A DNA stretch of 63,990 bases from Octopus bimaculoides (lineage: Eukaryota): the NCBI RefSeq assembly GCF_001194135.2, contig NC_068986.1:68548486-68612475 (forward strand). The letters are read 5' to 3'. This document shows positions 34,813-48,215 of the stretch, piece by piece. Each line of letters starts with the position of its first letter. The stretch's first letter is position 1. The notes beneath the pieces are model-generated. The model made no database searches. It was not told the DNA's origin and saw nothing but the letters and a program-made list of their open reading frames with translations. Made by a program: the position numbers and the translations under genes.

Positions 34813-37800
34813 CTGCAAAAGAAGAAAGGAAATAAATTGAAGAACCATATGAATGAGAAGAAAATTATTTTATTTATTTCAATTGTTACTGGAGACAGAG
34901 CTACTGGCTGTAAATAATTAGAAAAGATTAGCAACAAAAGGTAATTTATATTAATTTTAGTTCTGTACCAGAACAGGAAGTAGTTTAATAGTTCTGATAG
35001 AACTAAGAAGTGAGTTCAACTCATTGATTACTTTAATAAACCCAGGACGTTAATTAAGGCTAAGGGTGTGTGTGGTAGTGGTGCAGTATTTTTCAACAAT
35101 GGCTACTCAAGGGATAGTTAAGTTAGCAACAATAACACCTAACTTGAATAGTAAACTGAAGAAATAAGTAATAAAACTCTAAATTCTTCTGAAGTACAAA
35201 AAAAAAGTCAATTTTCCAGATAAGATTTACAAGATATATATATAAATGAATTAGGTATATTATCAAGATAAGTATCACTTGAAAGCTATTGTCATCTCTG
35301 CTCACAGAGACCTAATAGTTGAAGGTAGCTGACTGGCCAAGTAACTCAACAGGTTTTCTAACTCAAAACAAAAAATGTTTACTATCTTAATCTACACTGT
35401 GCTTCAGCTTTGTCAATATTTTAGTCAAGCTCTAAGGTAGCAGCAAGCTGGCAGAAACGTTAGCACGCCGGGTGAAATGCTTAGCAGTATTTCATCTGCC
35501 ATTACATTCTGAGTACAAATTCCGCCGAGGTCAACTTTGCCTTTCATCCTTTCAGAGTTGATAAAATAGGTAGGTACCAGTTAAGTCTTAGGATCAATTT
35601 AATCTACTTAATCCCTCCCAACAAACTGCTGGCCTTGTGCCAAAATTTGAAACCAATATTTTAGTCAAGCTCATCTCAAACCAACTGAGTAAAAACGGTG
35701 TTATTTCCAAAGTGTTACGGGACAAGAATTTAAAAGTCAATTTATCTTTAGTCTAACATCTTGCTTTAGTCATAATGATCTCTGGCTTTTATAAAGAATC
35801 TTTGTCTTTTTTTATTAGCTTAATAAATATTAACTAGATCTCATAGTCAAACACTAGTCTTTAGATTAATATAAAGACTACTGTTGGTTATGAGATGCAT
35901 TTATATAATGGAGGTAAGCTGGCAGACTTGTTAGTACATTAGACAAAATGGTTAGTGGCATTTCTTAAGGCTCTTTACATTCTGATTCTAAATTCTGCTG
36001 AGGTCAACTTTGTCTTTCATCCTTTCAGGGTCAATAAACTAAGTACCAGTTGTGTACTGGGATCAATGTAATTGACTTATCCCTCTCTCCAGATTACTGG
36101 CCTTGTGTCAAAATTTGAAACCATTTATATAATGGAAGAATGAATGTCTAACATAAGTCATCATCATCATCAACAACATTTAACACCCATTTTCCGTGCC
36201 AGCATGGGTTAGATAACTTGACAGGAGCTGGGGCCACACTAGATTCCATAGTCTGTTTTGACTTGGTTTCTACAGCTGTATGCCCTTCCTCATGCCAATC
36301 ACTTTACAGAGTGTACTGAGTGCTTTTTACATGGCACCAACACCCACACCTATGCTTTTTATGCAGCACTTTGGTTTTAGGATTTCAATTCTGTTAAATA
36401 ATAAAAAAAAAAGATTTAACTATGCAAATTAGATTTGAACAAACTGCTAAAATTTTTAACATCAAGTTACATAAACCATTATGAGCTGGTGTTTGTTTTA
36501 TACATGCTATTGAGCTGGAAAACAGAAATAAACCTAGAAGAGACATAGCACATGAACCATTTGAATACTTTAGTTCAGTTCATGTGTTTTTGTAAAACTA
36601 GTATAATTCTTATAACTTTGTAATGTAACTTTAAAAGCTTACATAACATTTCTGTTTTTTTAAGATCAGTGAACACCATTAAAAAATCGATCTAGTAATA
36701 TCATTTCTTAATGTGAACTTTCTTTAATTAGAGAATTAAAATTGGCTTTGAATGAACTAAAAACCATTGTAGATTTTTATGTAACAGGTGAGGGGTAAAC
36801 ATTTTATTATAGACTGAACTGATCAATAATTTCAGAATCCCTCAAAATTACATGTATTCAGTAATTTTTTAACATGCTATTTGATGAAGATTCATCTTAA
36901 CTAACGCTACATGAAGTGAATATAATGTTAACTTTCCCAGGCCAATTTATATTAATTAATCTATGCATGTGTGTGTGGAAGGGAGCTATCAAAGCTTCTA
37001 AATCAAAATAGAATAAATATGATTTTTTTTTTTAATAAACAGTTTATGTAATAACCTTTCATTGCAAATTTCATGATTTTTGATAGAGTAAAGGACACTT
37101 TACATCTTTCTTTTTATCTAATTCATTCAAAACCAAATTTAATTATGAAATTAATTAAAGCTCGTGTGAAGGAATAGTGTAGTGAAAATTTTATGATGAG
37201 GTTTACTGATCATGTTATATAAGCTTTTATGAGCTGCATTGCAAAGTTTCAATGAATACTATCCTAGTTTTACAAAAACACCTACACTGAAAAGAGGCTA
37301 AAGATATTTTTCTTTCATTTTTTTTTTTATTATTATTATTTCAGCTATTACTATGGAAAGATTAACAGTAGCAGTAGTAAAATAAAGTTAAAGAAGCCCA
37401 CCAGTCATACATGATCATGGGATTGGTTTGGTTCATTCTATATGCAGTAACTGTGGACAGTAGCTCAAATTGATTAACATGGACAAGAGGTGTCTTTTCA
37501 GATAAATTTCATTTTCAGGTGTGACTGTGTGGTTAAGAAAACTGCTTCCCAACCACATGCTTATGGGTTCAGTCCCACTGTGTATTCACTGGGTAAGTGT
37601 CAATGGTAGGTTGAAACTGATAGAAACATGTCCTCTATATAGATGACCACCCAAATAAATACATGTGCTTGAAAAGTTGAACAACAAAAGTGCTTACACA
37701 CAAAATACACCTGATACAAAAAGTTTTTCCCCAAAGATTCATGACGTTTTTTTTAAAACATTTTTAGAATAATTAATAGCTTTTAAGAAAACCTTTCTTT

Positions 37801-38358
37801 AAATATTGTGACTGTGTTAAATATATTTTTCAAAAACTTCTAAATATATAAAGTTAGGAGGTATGAGATTAAAATATTTCACCAGTTGATATCCATAAGA
37901 TTACAATGGTTTCACAGCCAACATCATGAAAAAATAATTAATTTTAATGTATAATAAATCATTTTACATATCTGCACTAGTCTATATGTTATAAATTACC
38001 TAGTACCATTGTACATTTTACAAGCCAATACAGGTATAGAAGGCTAGCTCATCAGATCTATAGAATATCATGGTTACATCCATTCTTCAACTCCAATATA
38101 CACATACAAAAAAGTCATCTTTGAAATAATAATGTATGGAAGACAGTAATGGTTAAAAAAGTTGTGTAAAGAGATTTAGTAAGATATATTCTATATACTT
38201 CTAATGAAATAATAACTGATTAGATTTAAGGGATTTCAACTGCATAGACCTATACATTACACCCCAATGTATTAGTTTACTATGTAGTTTGTAGCCTGAT
38301 CTACTAAAGGAGTTTATTTGTGAGTACCACCAGATTAAATAAATACATATATTGTGCA

Positions 38359-38399
<41 letters not shown>

Positions 38400-38903
38400 T
38401 ACCTCCTCTCCTAATATCTGATGTGATGGATGTGTCCTTGTGCCACAAAAGTCATATTAAGCTGAATCAAACTGTTATTGTGTGTGTGTGTGCGTGCGTG
38501 CGTTTCCTTGTTTTGACATTGTATGATAGTTGTAAATGAGTGTCACTGGTATACAAGCAGTGTCATTTAGAAATGATATTTCTGGTATTGATTCCAAATA
38601 GTGGAGATATACACCTGCTTCAGAATTAGCACATATTATATACTTCACAAGAGAGACTTTGCTTTGAGCAATGATTTTCATAGATTTTGTTTATTAAAAA
38701 TTTTGTGCAATAAATTGGTTATACTTCTCCAATACACATAATATTTTTCTTAAAATACAATTTGTAATAATATTTGATTATAAAAATATAAGGTTTTTTT
38801 AAGCATTGACTGACTCTGAGGGTGCACCCAAGTAAAATAGGAATCAAAGGGGTTCATAGCTAAAAAAAATGGTTGAGGGCCACTGGTTTAGAGAAAGTAA
38901 CTC

Positions 38904-38951
<48 letters not shown>

Positions 38952-39099
38952 GTGTATGAGCATACCAGGTTAGAACATGTCATATTTGGTGTCATTCACA
39001 TCTGATGCTTTCTATCATCTAAACATGTGACATTCAAATTGCACCAAACAAGAAACAAGATTGTCAGAAGGGAAAAAAGATATATCAAGCACTTTATGT

Positions 39100-40440
39100 A
39101 GTGTTCATGTATAATCATTAACTGAGAAAGGCTTGATCTTTCCTTCTCCAGTTTCCAAAGAATTCACTGACTGGGTCAACCAGTGAATGGATGGAATCCA
39201 ACCAGGGCTGATGCAGCTTAAAAGCCATAGTGGCTATAGAGGCGTCAAGAGTGCAAACTTTGTTACCGCAACTGGTGAGGAAGAGAAGAGGGGCCATAAA
39301 CTTCTCTGCACATCCTATGCTGGTGCATATCTTTATAACCACATCTGCTGGAACCAACATGGAAGTTTATAGTAGTGACTGGTGAAAATGCTTCTGAACA
39401 TATTTTGAGCGTAAAAATAACCAGATGTTTACTTCTTCATGACCATAATAGCATGGCTTTACCACTCTACAGTTATTTGAAAGGGAATGACATTCTTTCC
39501 CATATGCTATGTATGATCCATTCTCAACAAATGTCAGAAGATTTATGAGTTACATGAGGTACAAAATAGATTTTACTTGTTCCTTGTGGTCAGCTATTTT
39601 CAATACTTTCTCTAAAAAAAACCTCTGCAAGAAAATAGAAGATCACAGGTGCAAAGGACGAGTGTAGCTGTTTTAAAACAATCATCCCATCAATCATCCA
39701 AATACATTTTGTAGTTATTAAGTCTACAGCTTTATTTTCCACAGCTGAATGATGTCTTAGCCTTAACCCAGAGAAGTTAAGAGTACCAAACCAAGACAAT
39801 AAGACATGAGGTATTTAATATTAATATTCTGCAACTTTGTGATGTAAACCTACTTTGGAAGCAATCTCCTACTATGTTTCATGTTACTGCCTTCTTTCAA
39901 TTTTTGTCTTCCTTTTTATTTCTTTAAATATTGCAAGATTCTGATGCTGATTGGGTCAAAGAAGGCATTGCTTCCATGTTGCAATCTTTATTTACATTGT
40001 TACTATGAAAGGAAGCAACAGTACTGACACCAGCTTCTGCTTCCAACATGTCTTGCTTCACTTTATAAGGAGCAACAATACTTGAAGACAAATGTACCTG
40101 CAACATTAAATTGATTGCATATGCTACATATTGGATCAATGACATCTTCTATATGCTTCACATCATGTTTGATTCTACTGTGGTCTAGATATTTTCTGAG
40201 TCTTGATCTTCTTTTTTGTTATTCTGTTTTGCATGTATTTATTTGAACAGTAGAATATACTTCCTCAGGAAACATCTGATGTTTCCTTCACTCTATTCAT
40301 CTGCTCTTGACACCTGATTGCAGCTTACATTTTCTTAGTGATTTTTTAATATCCTGGACAGTAACTAGTTCATCATCTAGTTAGCTCATGGCAGTTCCCA
40401 CATCTGCTCAATGACAACAAAATGTAACATCAAAGAATGA
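39100..40440 (-). pseudogene. Decayed AcademX-like DNA transposon ORF (transposase C-region and XPG/FEN1-like nuclease)
   Basis: Colinear frameshifted motifs on the minus strand: RIKHDVKHIEDVIDPI, NAFFDPIS, INIKYLMSYCLGLVLL, WMIDGM (39683-39694), HEEVNIWLFL (39441), PADVVI, ALVGFHPFTG / DPVSEFFGN (39199). These parallel HEEADT, DTDV and GFHAFTGCD-type motifs. Many stops. Confidence 0.65.
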
Positions 40441-41551
40441 GGTATTACAAAAATGCATTGCATTAAGTGGAAAACTATGATTCTGTCAAGAGAAGTGGGG
40501 AGGCAAGTGAATGCAATTCAATATATCAGGAATTCAATTGAGTACATTTAAGAAAAATAAAGTTAAAATACTTGGTATTGCATATTAAAAATGAGAAAAA
40601 TTTAATGCATAAAACTCTTAAGTTTTTTGTTCTTAACAAGAAAAACTGACAAATAACAAAATACTGAAATCATTTTTCAGTATTTTTCAATAATATTATA
40701 GTAATATTCTTGTTTCAATTTACTATGCAATTGCATTGTTCTTACCTGAAAATAAAAAACGAAAACACTTCTTCACAGTTTGTGCTTAGATTTAAGAGAA
40801 TGAAAGACAGTCATCATGCAATACTGACTCATTACCAAGCTAATATAGCAGAGATCAGAATGAAATACACATCAAGGTTACAATATTGTTTTTTGTAAAC
40901 AAAATTATGTTCATGATTAGGAAACAGATGTTTATAAAAAAAACATTTCTAAATTATGCTTTTGTACCCAGTCATACCTGATTATTGTTTTTTATCTGTC
41001 TTATTTTCTACATTATGAACAGTTTTGTTGTTATTGTGGTCTAGGTATCAATTTCACTGCCTCTGAAATTAAATTTCAATCAAGTTGTAAAGTTGCATTG
41101 CACGTTGTACAAAAACTAGACAACTTTCTTCAAGGCTGTGTTGTCTGAAAACAACATATTGGCAATGGTGATTGGTCAATTGCAGTCAATCTTGTGATGG
41201 TGTTGCAGACTGGCTAAAAAGCATGATTCCTAATGAAAATACAAAATCCAAACCAATTACAGCATGAAAGATACATCTTAGCCATGCAAAAATTTAACTT
41301 CACTTAAATATTTATTATTTGTTATTTGGTGTCAAACTTTTCATTGCACTGCAACCTGGTCACTGACAAGATTACACTGCAGTATAATGTATAAGTGGCA
41401 GTAACATTCTTTGTGTGTTTTTGAATAGCTATTGTGTCTTCCACATTGGTTTGGCTTCAACATGCAGTCTCAGATCAAATCACTTGCTCGACGAGTACAC
41501 CTCTAAAACGGAAACTAAGAAACAACAGAAAATCTTAGGTTTTCACAACTA

Positions 41552-42813
41552 TCAGCTCATTAAGAATGAAATGACCAATTTTGAACTAAAAGTGTATTTT
41601 ACTTTATCTCAAGAAAAAACAATGCAGTTAACCAAAGTATGCACCTAAATTATCAACTCAATTTTGCTAATTTATCGGTAGCTTATTTATGCCAGCAGGG
41701 AAGAATTCTGGAGAGCAAAAAGTAATGAAGTTTTTTCCTTGCCAAAAAGCTGTCTAATGCCTGGAAAACATGATAGTCAGTTGGTGCAAGGTAGGGTAAA
41801 TAAGGTGGATGACAGAATACTTCCAAGTTCAGTTCCTGTAACTTAAGTAGTGTTCTTTGTGCAACATGTGGTTGAGCTGTGTCTTGAGCATTGTCTTGCA
41901 AGAGAATTGGCCTGCTTCTATTGACCAATATTGGTTGGTTAATTGCAAGTTCACTCATCATTTCATCCAATTGGTTGATGTATACATCTGCTGTAATTGA
42001 TTTACCAGGTCTTATGAAGTTGTAGTGGATGACACTAGTGCTGGACTACCAAACAGATGCCATTAGCTTTTTTTTTTTGGTGAATATTCTTTTTGGATTG
42101 TGTTTTGGCATTTCATCTCTATCCAACCACCATGCAGAACGCTTGCTATTGTTGAAAAGTATCCATTTTTCTTCACACCTAACAATACGTTGCAAAAATG
42201 GTTCACTTTTAAGCTGTGACAGTAAAGAATAGCAAGTTTCAAGACAATGTGTCATTTGATGCTCGTTCAGTTCATGTGGTACCCACTTGTCCAGCTTCTT
42301 TACCTTGCCGATTTGTTTCAGATGGTCCAATTCAGTTGGAATCGAAACATCAAACCTTGCTGCTAATTCATGCGTAGTTTGAGGTGTATCCGCTTCCACT
42401 ACAGTTTCCAGCTCATCATTATCCACCTTGGTCTCAGATGTACCATGGTGCTGGTTTTCGAGAGTAAAGTCACCAAACCGGAACTTCTCAAACCATTGAC
42501 ATACAATGCACACATTTGCCTTATCTTCATCAAACACCTCACTGATGTTTTGAGCTGTCTGGGATGCATTGGTCCCATGATGGAACTCATACTCATAAAC
42601 AATATGAATTTTTTATCTATCCATGGGTTCACAAAAATTGATTTGCAAGAGAAAACTCACAATATAATCAGACACCATGAATTGCATTTTGAAAAGTGAT
42701 GGTGTAACTCTTCAATGTTGTAAGACAAAGAATTGTCAGGATAAAACGTTAGAGTTAATGACTGTCAAACTTGGTGCATAAGAAAATTGGACGTTTCATT
42801 CTTAATGACCTGA
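41552..42813 (-). mobile_element. Mariner (DD34D) transposon, near full length, inactivated
   Basis: TA|TCAG(C/G)TCATTAAGAATGAAA..(G/T)CCAATTTT TIRs at both ends. Transposase ATG at 42624; ORFs 42046-42537 (WVPHEL, degenerate RCEEKWI) and 41683-41970 (LQDNA, PYLPYLAPTDYHVF). Stops, frameshift and a C-terminal deletion. Confidence 0.93.
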
Positions 42814-43656
42814 TATTATCAACAAGCATAATCAGCTCTGAGATACATATATATTTCAGGAATTAAGTATAAATTAAATTGTCCCCAGCATTGTTGAACA
42901 AAACAACAATTTAATGTTGGATGCAAAATGACCAATAGGAGCAAACTGGTACTTACAATTCCTATTTCAAACAAGTGTATCATATATAAGAAATATAATA
43001 TTTACCATTATGTAGCAATAGTAATTAATATAACTTTCTTTTCAAGTCATCCCCACAGTTAGCATGTTTTAAATCTGCCAAACTTACAATTGCTTCATAA
43101 CTTTTAAATATATATTTAACTGTTCTAGCTGCAAACAATCTTATCTCTGAGTTAAAGCACAAAGAAAAGAAACTTAACTAGTAATTGGATGCTATTTTTG
43201 TTACATGCTAATTACAAATAGATCCTGATTTAAGATTAAAAAGATAATGATTTAATTGTAAAATCCATACTTCAAAGCTATATGAATTGATGAGCATGGT
43301 GGGAATGTAAAAGGAGAGGAAGAAAATATTCTATATTAATGATTTCCAAACTTATTTAGTTGCAGCACTCAAAGAGAAAATAATATTTTGATGTAAAGTC
43401 AAAAGATAAATCAAAAAAAGATATTTTTAGTCAATGAAGATAATTTAAACTACAAAAAAATATTAATTGCTTCTTTATTCATTAAATGAAATTAATTTTA
43501 CTAATGTGAATAATGAGCTTGATTATATATTTTGGCAATGTTTGCTATGTTAGCTATATTTGAGGTATACATACTGTCAGACCTCATTTCATCTTCAATG
43601 CAATGAGCCTCTCTCTCTCAATTTACTTCAGTCTGTTTGGCTGTATCTCCCCCCTA

Positions 43657-43696
<40 letters not shown>

Positions 43697-44785
43697 TTTA
43701 ATGTTAGTGAATGCAAAATCTCCTTAGTATTTTCACAACATGCCAAACTACACATTGTGACAGTTTATCATTTGGGAACCACTTCAACATTTTCAACTTC
43801 TTTAACTATATATATATAAGTTTGCATAGCATGTAAATCCACAAAATATATCACGTCAACCTTCCAAATGAGTATCAAAAAAATTTCTTTCTAACTCTTT
43901 ATTATACATTTTTCATTTGTCACATCAAACTTCCTGCATATATATCCTTCCACTAGAAAGCAGGTTACCTATTTTATGAAAAAGAATTGAGTATTTCAAA
44001 GTCTGACAAGATTAAAATATATACTGGGTCGTCAGCTGTATTTGCCAAAACACTCAAAATAATATTAGTCAGTTACTAATAATGTTCTTTTATCAATGTA
44101 GATTTTGTTTTCTAGTTATCTTTTTATGTTTCCTGCATCAAAGCTATAAACACTTAGCTATTATTTTTATATAGTTATGCTCTAAATATGAATATTCCTA
44201 GTTTCTTATGCCTAGAAGTGAAAATTATTGTATAAAAAAAAGTAGTGTGAAGTGCTCGGTTCACCGAGGAGACCTAATAAGATTGAAACATGTCTACAGT
44301 TGTTTCTGGTACAGTCCAAAAGACTAAAACTAATATGAGACAATAACTAATACATTTTTTCTTTACTATGTCTTTTCTAGTTAGCTTAATAAAGGTTCCT
44401 GTATAAAATATGTCAACACAATCCTAACAATAACAATATTAGTACAGAGAACATTCAACTAAAGGATAAGAATACATTCAATCAGTGACAAAAATCAACA
44501 AAAAAAAAAGATGATAATTGTCCAAAGTGCATCAAAATTGCCATAATCATGATAATTTAGGTGAACAAAAGAACTTAATTGTATCTGGTAACAAATATTT
44601 CATTATATATTTTAATTCTTTACAGTAACTACAATAAAACGGAAAACCAAATGTCTTTGCAGTGTGGACTCTGTTTTAAAGAGTTCTGAATCCTTTAGCT
44701 TTTTTTTTTTTTTTTTTTTTTTTTCTTTTTGTGAGGGGTTAATGCATAAAACTACTGCAAAGTGTTGGTATTTGTAACAATATTT

Positions 44786-44989
44786 GTGCTGTCTTTAGCA
44801 TGCTTGAAGTCAAGACACTGTGACTTCAGGTCTTCCTCAATTTGTTTCATCCATGTCTTCTTATTGACCGTTGTAAATGAGTTGCAGTTGTAGGAGCAGT
44901 GGTAGTAAAATCCCTATCTTGTAACCAGAGGGGGAGGCTGTCCTCTCAACCAATACACTGCTGTGGGTGCCACTGGATGATGGATTCTG
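44786..44989 (-). repeat. 204-bp perfect inverted copy of 45316-45519
   Basis: Compared base by base, no mismatches found. Spacer 326 bp. Confidence 0.92.
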
Positions 44990-45059
44990 CTCAATCTGGT
45001 AAGTTTTCTAAAAGCAACACCTCATTTTATTACAACAACAACGACATCTAAGAAAAATG

Positions 45060-45650
45060 GCAGCAGCCAACCATTGAAGACCAAATCCAGCAGCACAGGT
45101 TACAGTGGTTTGGCCATGTCTGCGAGATGAGTACTGGATGACTACCACACCAACTTTTGTGGTGGCAGTGAACCACGCACTAGAGAATCCAGTGCAGTGC
45201 ACCAAAGAAGACATAGGTGAAAAATGTTGAGGAAGACCTGAAGTCAAAAAGCCTTAACCTCAAGCATGCTAAGGCCAGTGCCATGGACTGGAAAGCATAG
45301 AATAAACATTATCACCAGAATCCATCATCCAGTGGCACCCACAGCAGTGTATTGGTTGAGAGGACAGCCTCCCCCTCTGGTTACAAGATAGGGATTTTAC
45401 TACCACTGCTCCTACAACTGCAACTCATTTACAACGGTCAATAAGAAGACATGGATGAAACAAATTGAGGAAGACCTGAAGTCACAGTGTCTTGACTTCA
45501 AGCATGCTAAAGACAGCACCATGGATTGGAAAGCATGGAATAACATCATCACCAGAGTCCATCATTCAGTAGCATCCACAAAAGCATATTTTGGTTGAAA
45601 GGACAGCATCCCACTCTGGTCGCCAGCTAAGGATTTTACTTACTTACATG
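45060..45650 (+). mobile_element. RTE LINE 3' fragment with tandem duplication of its end (period about 237 bp)
   Basis: QPTIEDQIQQHRLQWFGHVCEM...PKKT.VKNVEEDLK and a second KKTWMKQIEEDLKS...MDWKAW unit. Confidence 0.8.
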
Positions 45651-47230
45651 TGTGTAACTCATTATGTCTGGACAGAGAAAACACTGTGTCTAACAAGATA
45701 ATCTTTCAAGAACTAGTATATATGCTCTCTCGTCCATTTTATACAAGAGTGTCAAGTGATAGCAATTGCATTTAACTGTAAGGGTTCTCATTCAACAAAC
45801 ATTAAACATTTTCATTAACAGTTGTATATAACAAAAACTTGTTTGTACAGATAAAACAACTAAGTGGTACTTAACCAAATGAACAGAAATCACAAAACCA
45901 ACAGGTTAGCAGATAACTGGCCAAGAGGTTATTTACTATCTCATGCCATGTCACTAGTGTAGAGACATTGCAGAGTAGTAACAACCACAGTTAATGCCAG
46001 CAATAGCAATATTGTAAAACTAACAAGTGTTTCAATTGCTTGTAGGACTGAATACAGTTTTATTAATAGACAGAGAAGGGTGAAGCTTTTTAAGCTGCCT
46101 TGTTCCAGATACCTATAGGAAAAACTTGGGCAGTCCTTTTCTAGTAGTGGGCCTATTGTGTTATTGTGTGCATTATAACTCAGCCAATGCCACTAAAAAA
46201 AATGATTCAATAAGCAATGTATGTAATACACTCTATAATTACACTAAGCAAATAAAAGAGAGCGAGAGAAATGAAACTGTTCAAATTAATAGAGGAAGGC
46301 CTAAACGTTTTGTTTAAATTTAAATAAAATATTATTTTTATATAATTATGATGTACTACACAAAAAAATCAGAGCTACAAGTAACTTTTTAGTACTGTAG
46401 GCTGCCCATGCCTTCTGTAGATGTGGAATTTTATAATCAGTTGTTCCATAACTACGCTGTGCACACTGAGATGGTTAGGCAAGCTGGTAGAATCATTACC
46501 ATGCCAGTTAAAGTGCTTAGCTGCATTCCCTCCATCTTTATGTTCTGAGTTCAAATTCTGCCAAGGCTGACTTTAACTTTCAGAATAGCTAAAATAAGTA
46601 CCAGTTTAACACAGGGGTCAACATATCCGACTTATCCCCTTCTCCTGAAATTGCTGGACTTGTGCCAGAATCTGAAATCAATAATACACATGATTGTAGA
46701 AGAACTGGTGATAAGCCCTCGTATAGTTCTTCAAACTCATTCCTCATCATACAAATATATTTTGTAGTTCTTTGTGGGGAGGGGACAGGAACAGAGTTGC
46801 TGATTAAAAAGTCTAGGATAATCCTCATTTTAATAACAATTAAAACAAGTTATAAAACTTTGTCATCAGCTAATTAAGTAACCAAATTTAAAGATAAAAT
46901 AAACAAATAAAATCCCTGTCAAGCATGTACATTATTATTTAAGAATGCAGTCAATGCTGCAAGTATGAGTAGAACTAATTCCTATCTATTGCCATTTATG
47001 GCTGAAGAGTAAAGTTTTATTTAAAATGAGGAGAAAAAGTGAGAGTGTAGTTTCAGAATGTAATGAGTCATCAAGCAAAATAAGATTTCAATCAATTACT
47101 TTGGATTTAAGAGGTTAACAATAGAATGGGAACAGAAAGTATAGTGTGGAGAAGTTGACATATTTATAACAAATTATTAAGCTGAAAAATTATATAAAAA
47201 GAAAAAAGAAATAACTAGAGATAGAAATTC

Positions 47231-47275
<45 letters not shown>

Positions 47276-48215
47276 AATTTAGTGGTGGGTTGTTGCACTA
47301 GAGTGGATATGTTGCATTTAGTGCAGATATGAGTAGTGTTCTGGATTGGTTGTGTCATAGTATTTGTAACAGCGAGATGAGTCAACTGAAATTTTGAACT
47401 AATGACAGAGCCTCTATAAAGTTGCTTGTATTGGTAGAAATAGAAAACTAGGCTTCTTTGAATAACAAACACCCTACTGTAGAATATGTTGAATAATGTA
47501 TTCTTATATATACTGTCAGAATATGGGATGGGACAGTCTTTGATTGCAAGGTAGCTTAATCAGGGCTGACTTGAGGTTGAACAACAACAGCAACAGCAAA
47601 AGAATTCTATAAGTTATAGTTGAAAATAAATAAATCTATCTGTCATTTGTTGACCTAGAAGTAGAAAAGGTTTTCAATGGGCAATCAGAATGCTTGATGT
47701 GATATGGATGAATGGCTCATTAGAGCAGTTCAGGAATTGTACAAAGCTGACAAAAGCAGAGTCAAGATTACAAGTCAACAGAAAAGCTGAACCCAAATGT
47801 GAAATCAACTGGTCAAAGAGATATATGAAAGAGAATTAATTATGTTAATATGGATGTGTAATATAAACAAATGACAAACACTGAATGGTAGAGGCACATG
47901 CAACACATGTAGACCAAGAAAGACTTGGTCAGTAGTGCAGTTTAATCATGCTTCCCAAATGAACTGACCCAGGATAAGGATACTTAGAGAGATAGCCAAC
48001 TCATAGCAGCAGGGGAAAATAAATGTTAAAACGATGATAATGAGATGATTGCATTATATTTTTGTTTATGAAGTAACTATGGATTAAGCAATTCAATTTA
48101 CAAAAATTTAATCCAAGCTTATACTTCCATTAACAGAAGAACTTCTATAAGAGTATTAACTTAAAAAATAAAATTCAGGAAAAATCTCAAATAAGATCTA
48201 GACATTTTGAAACTA

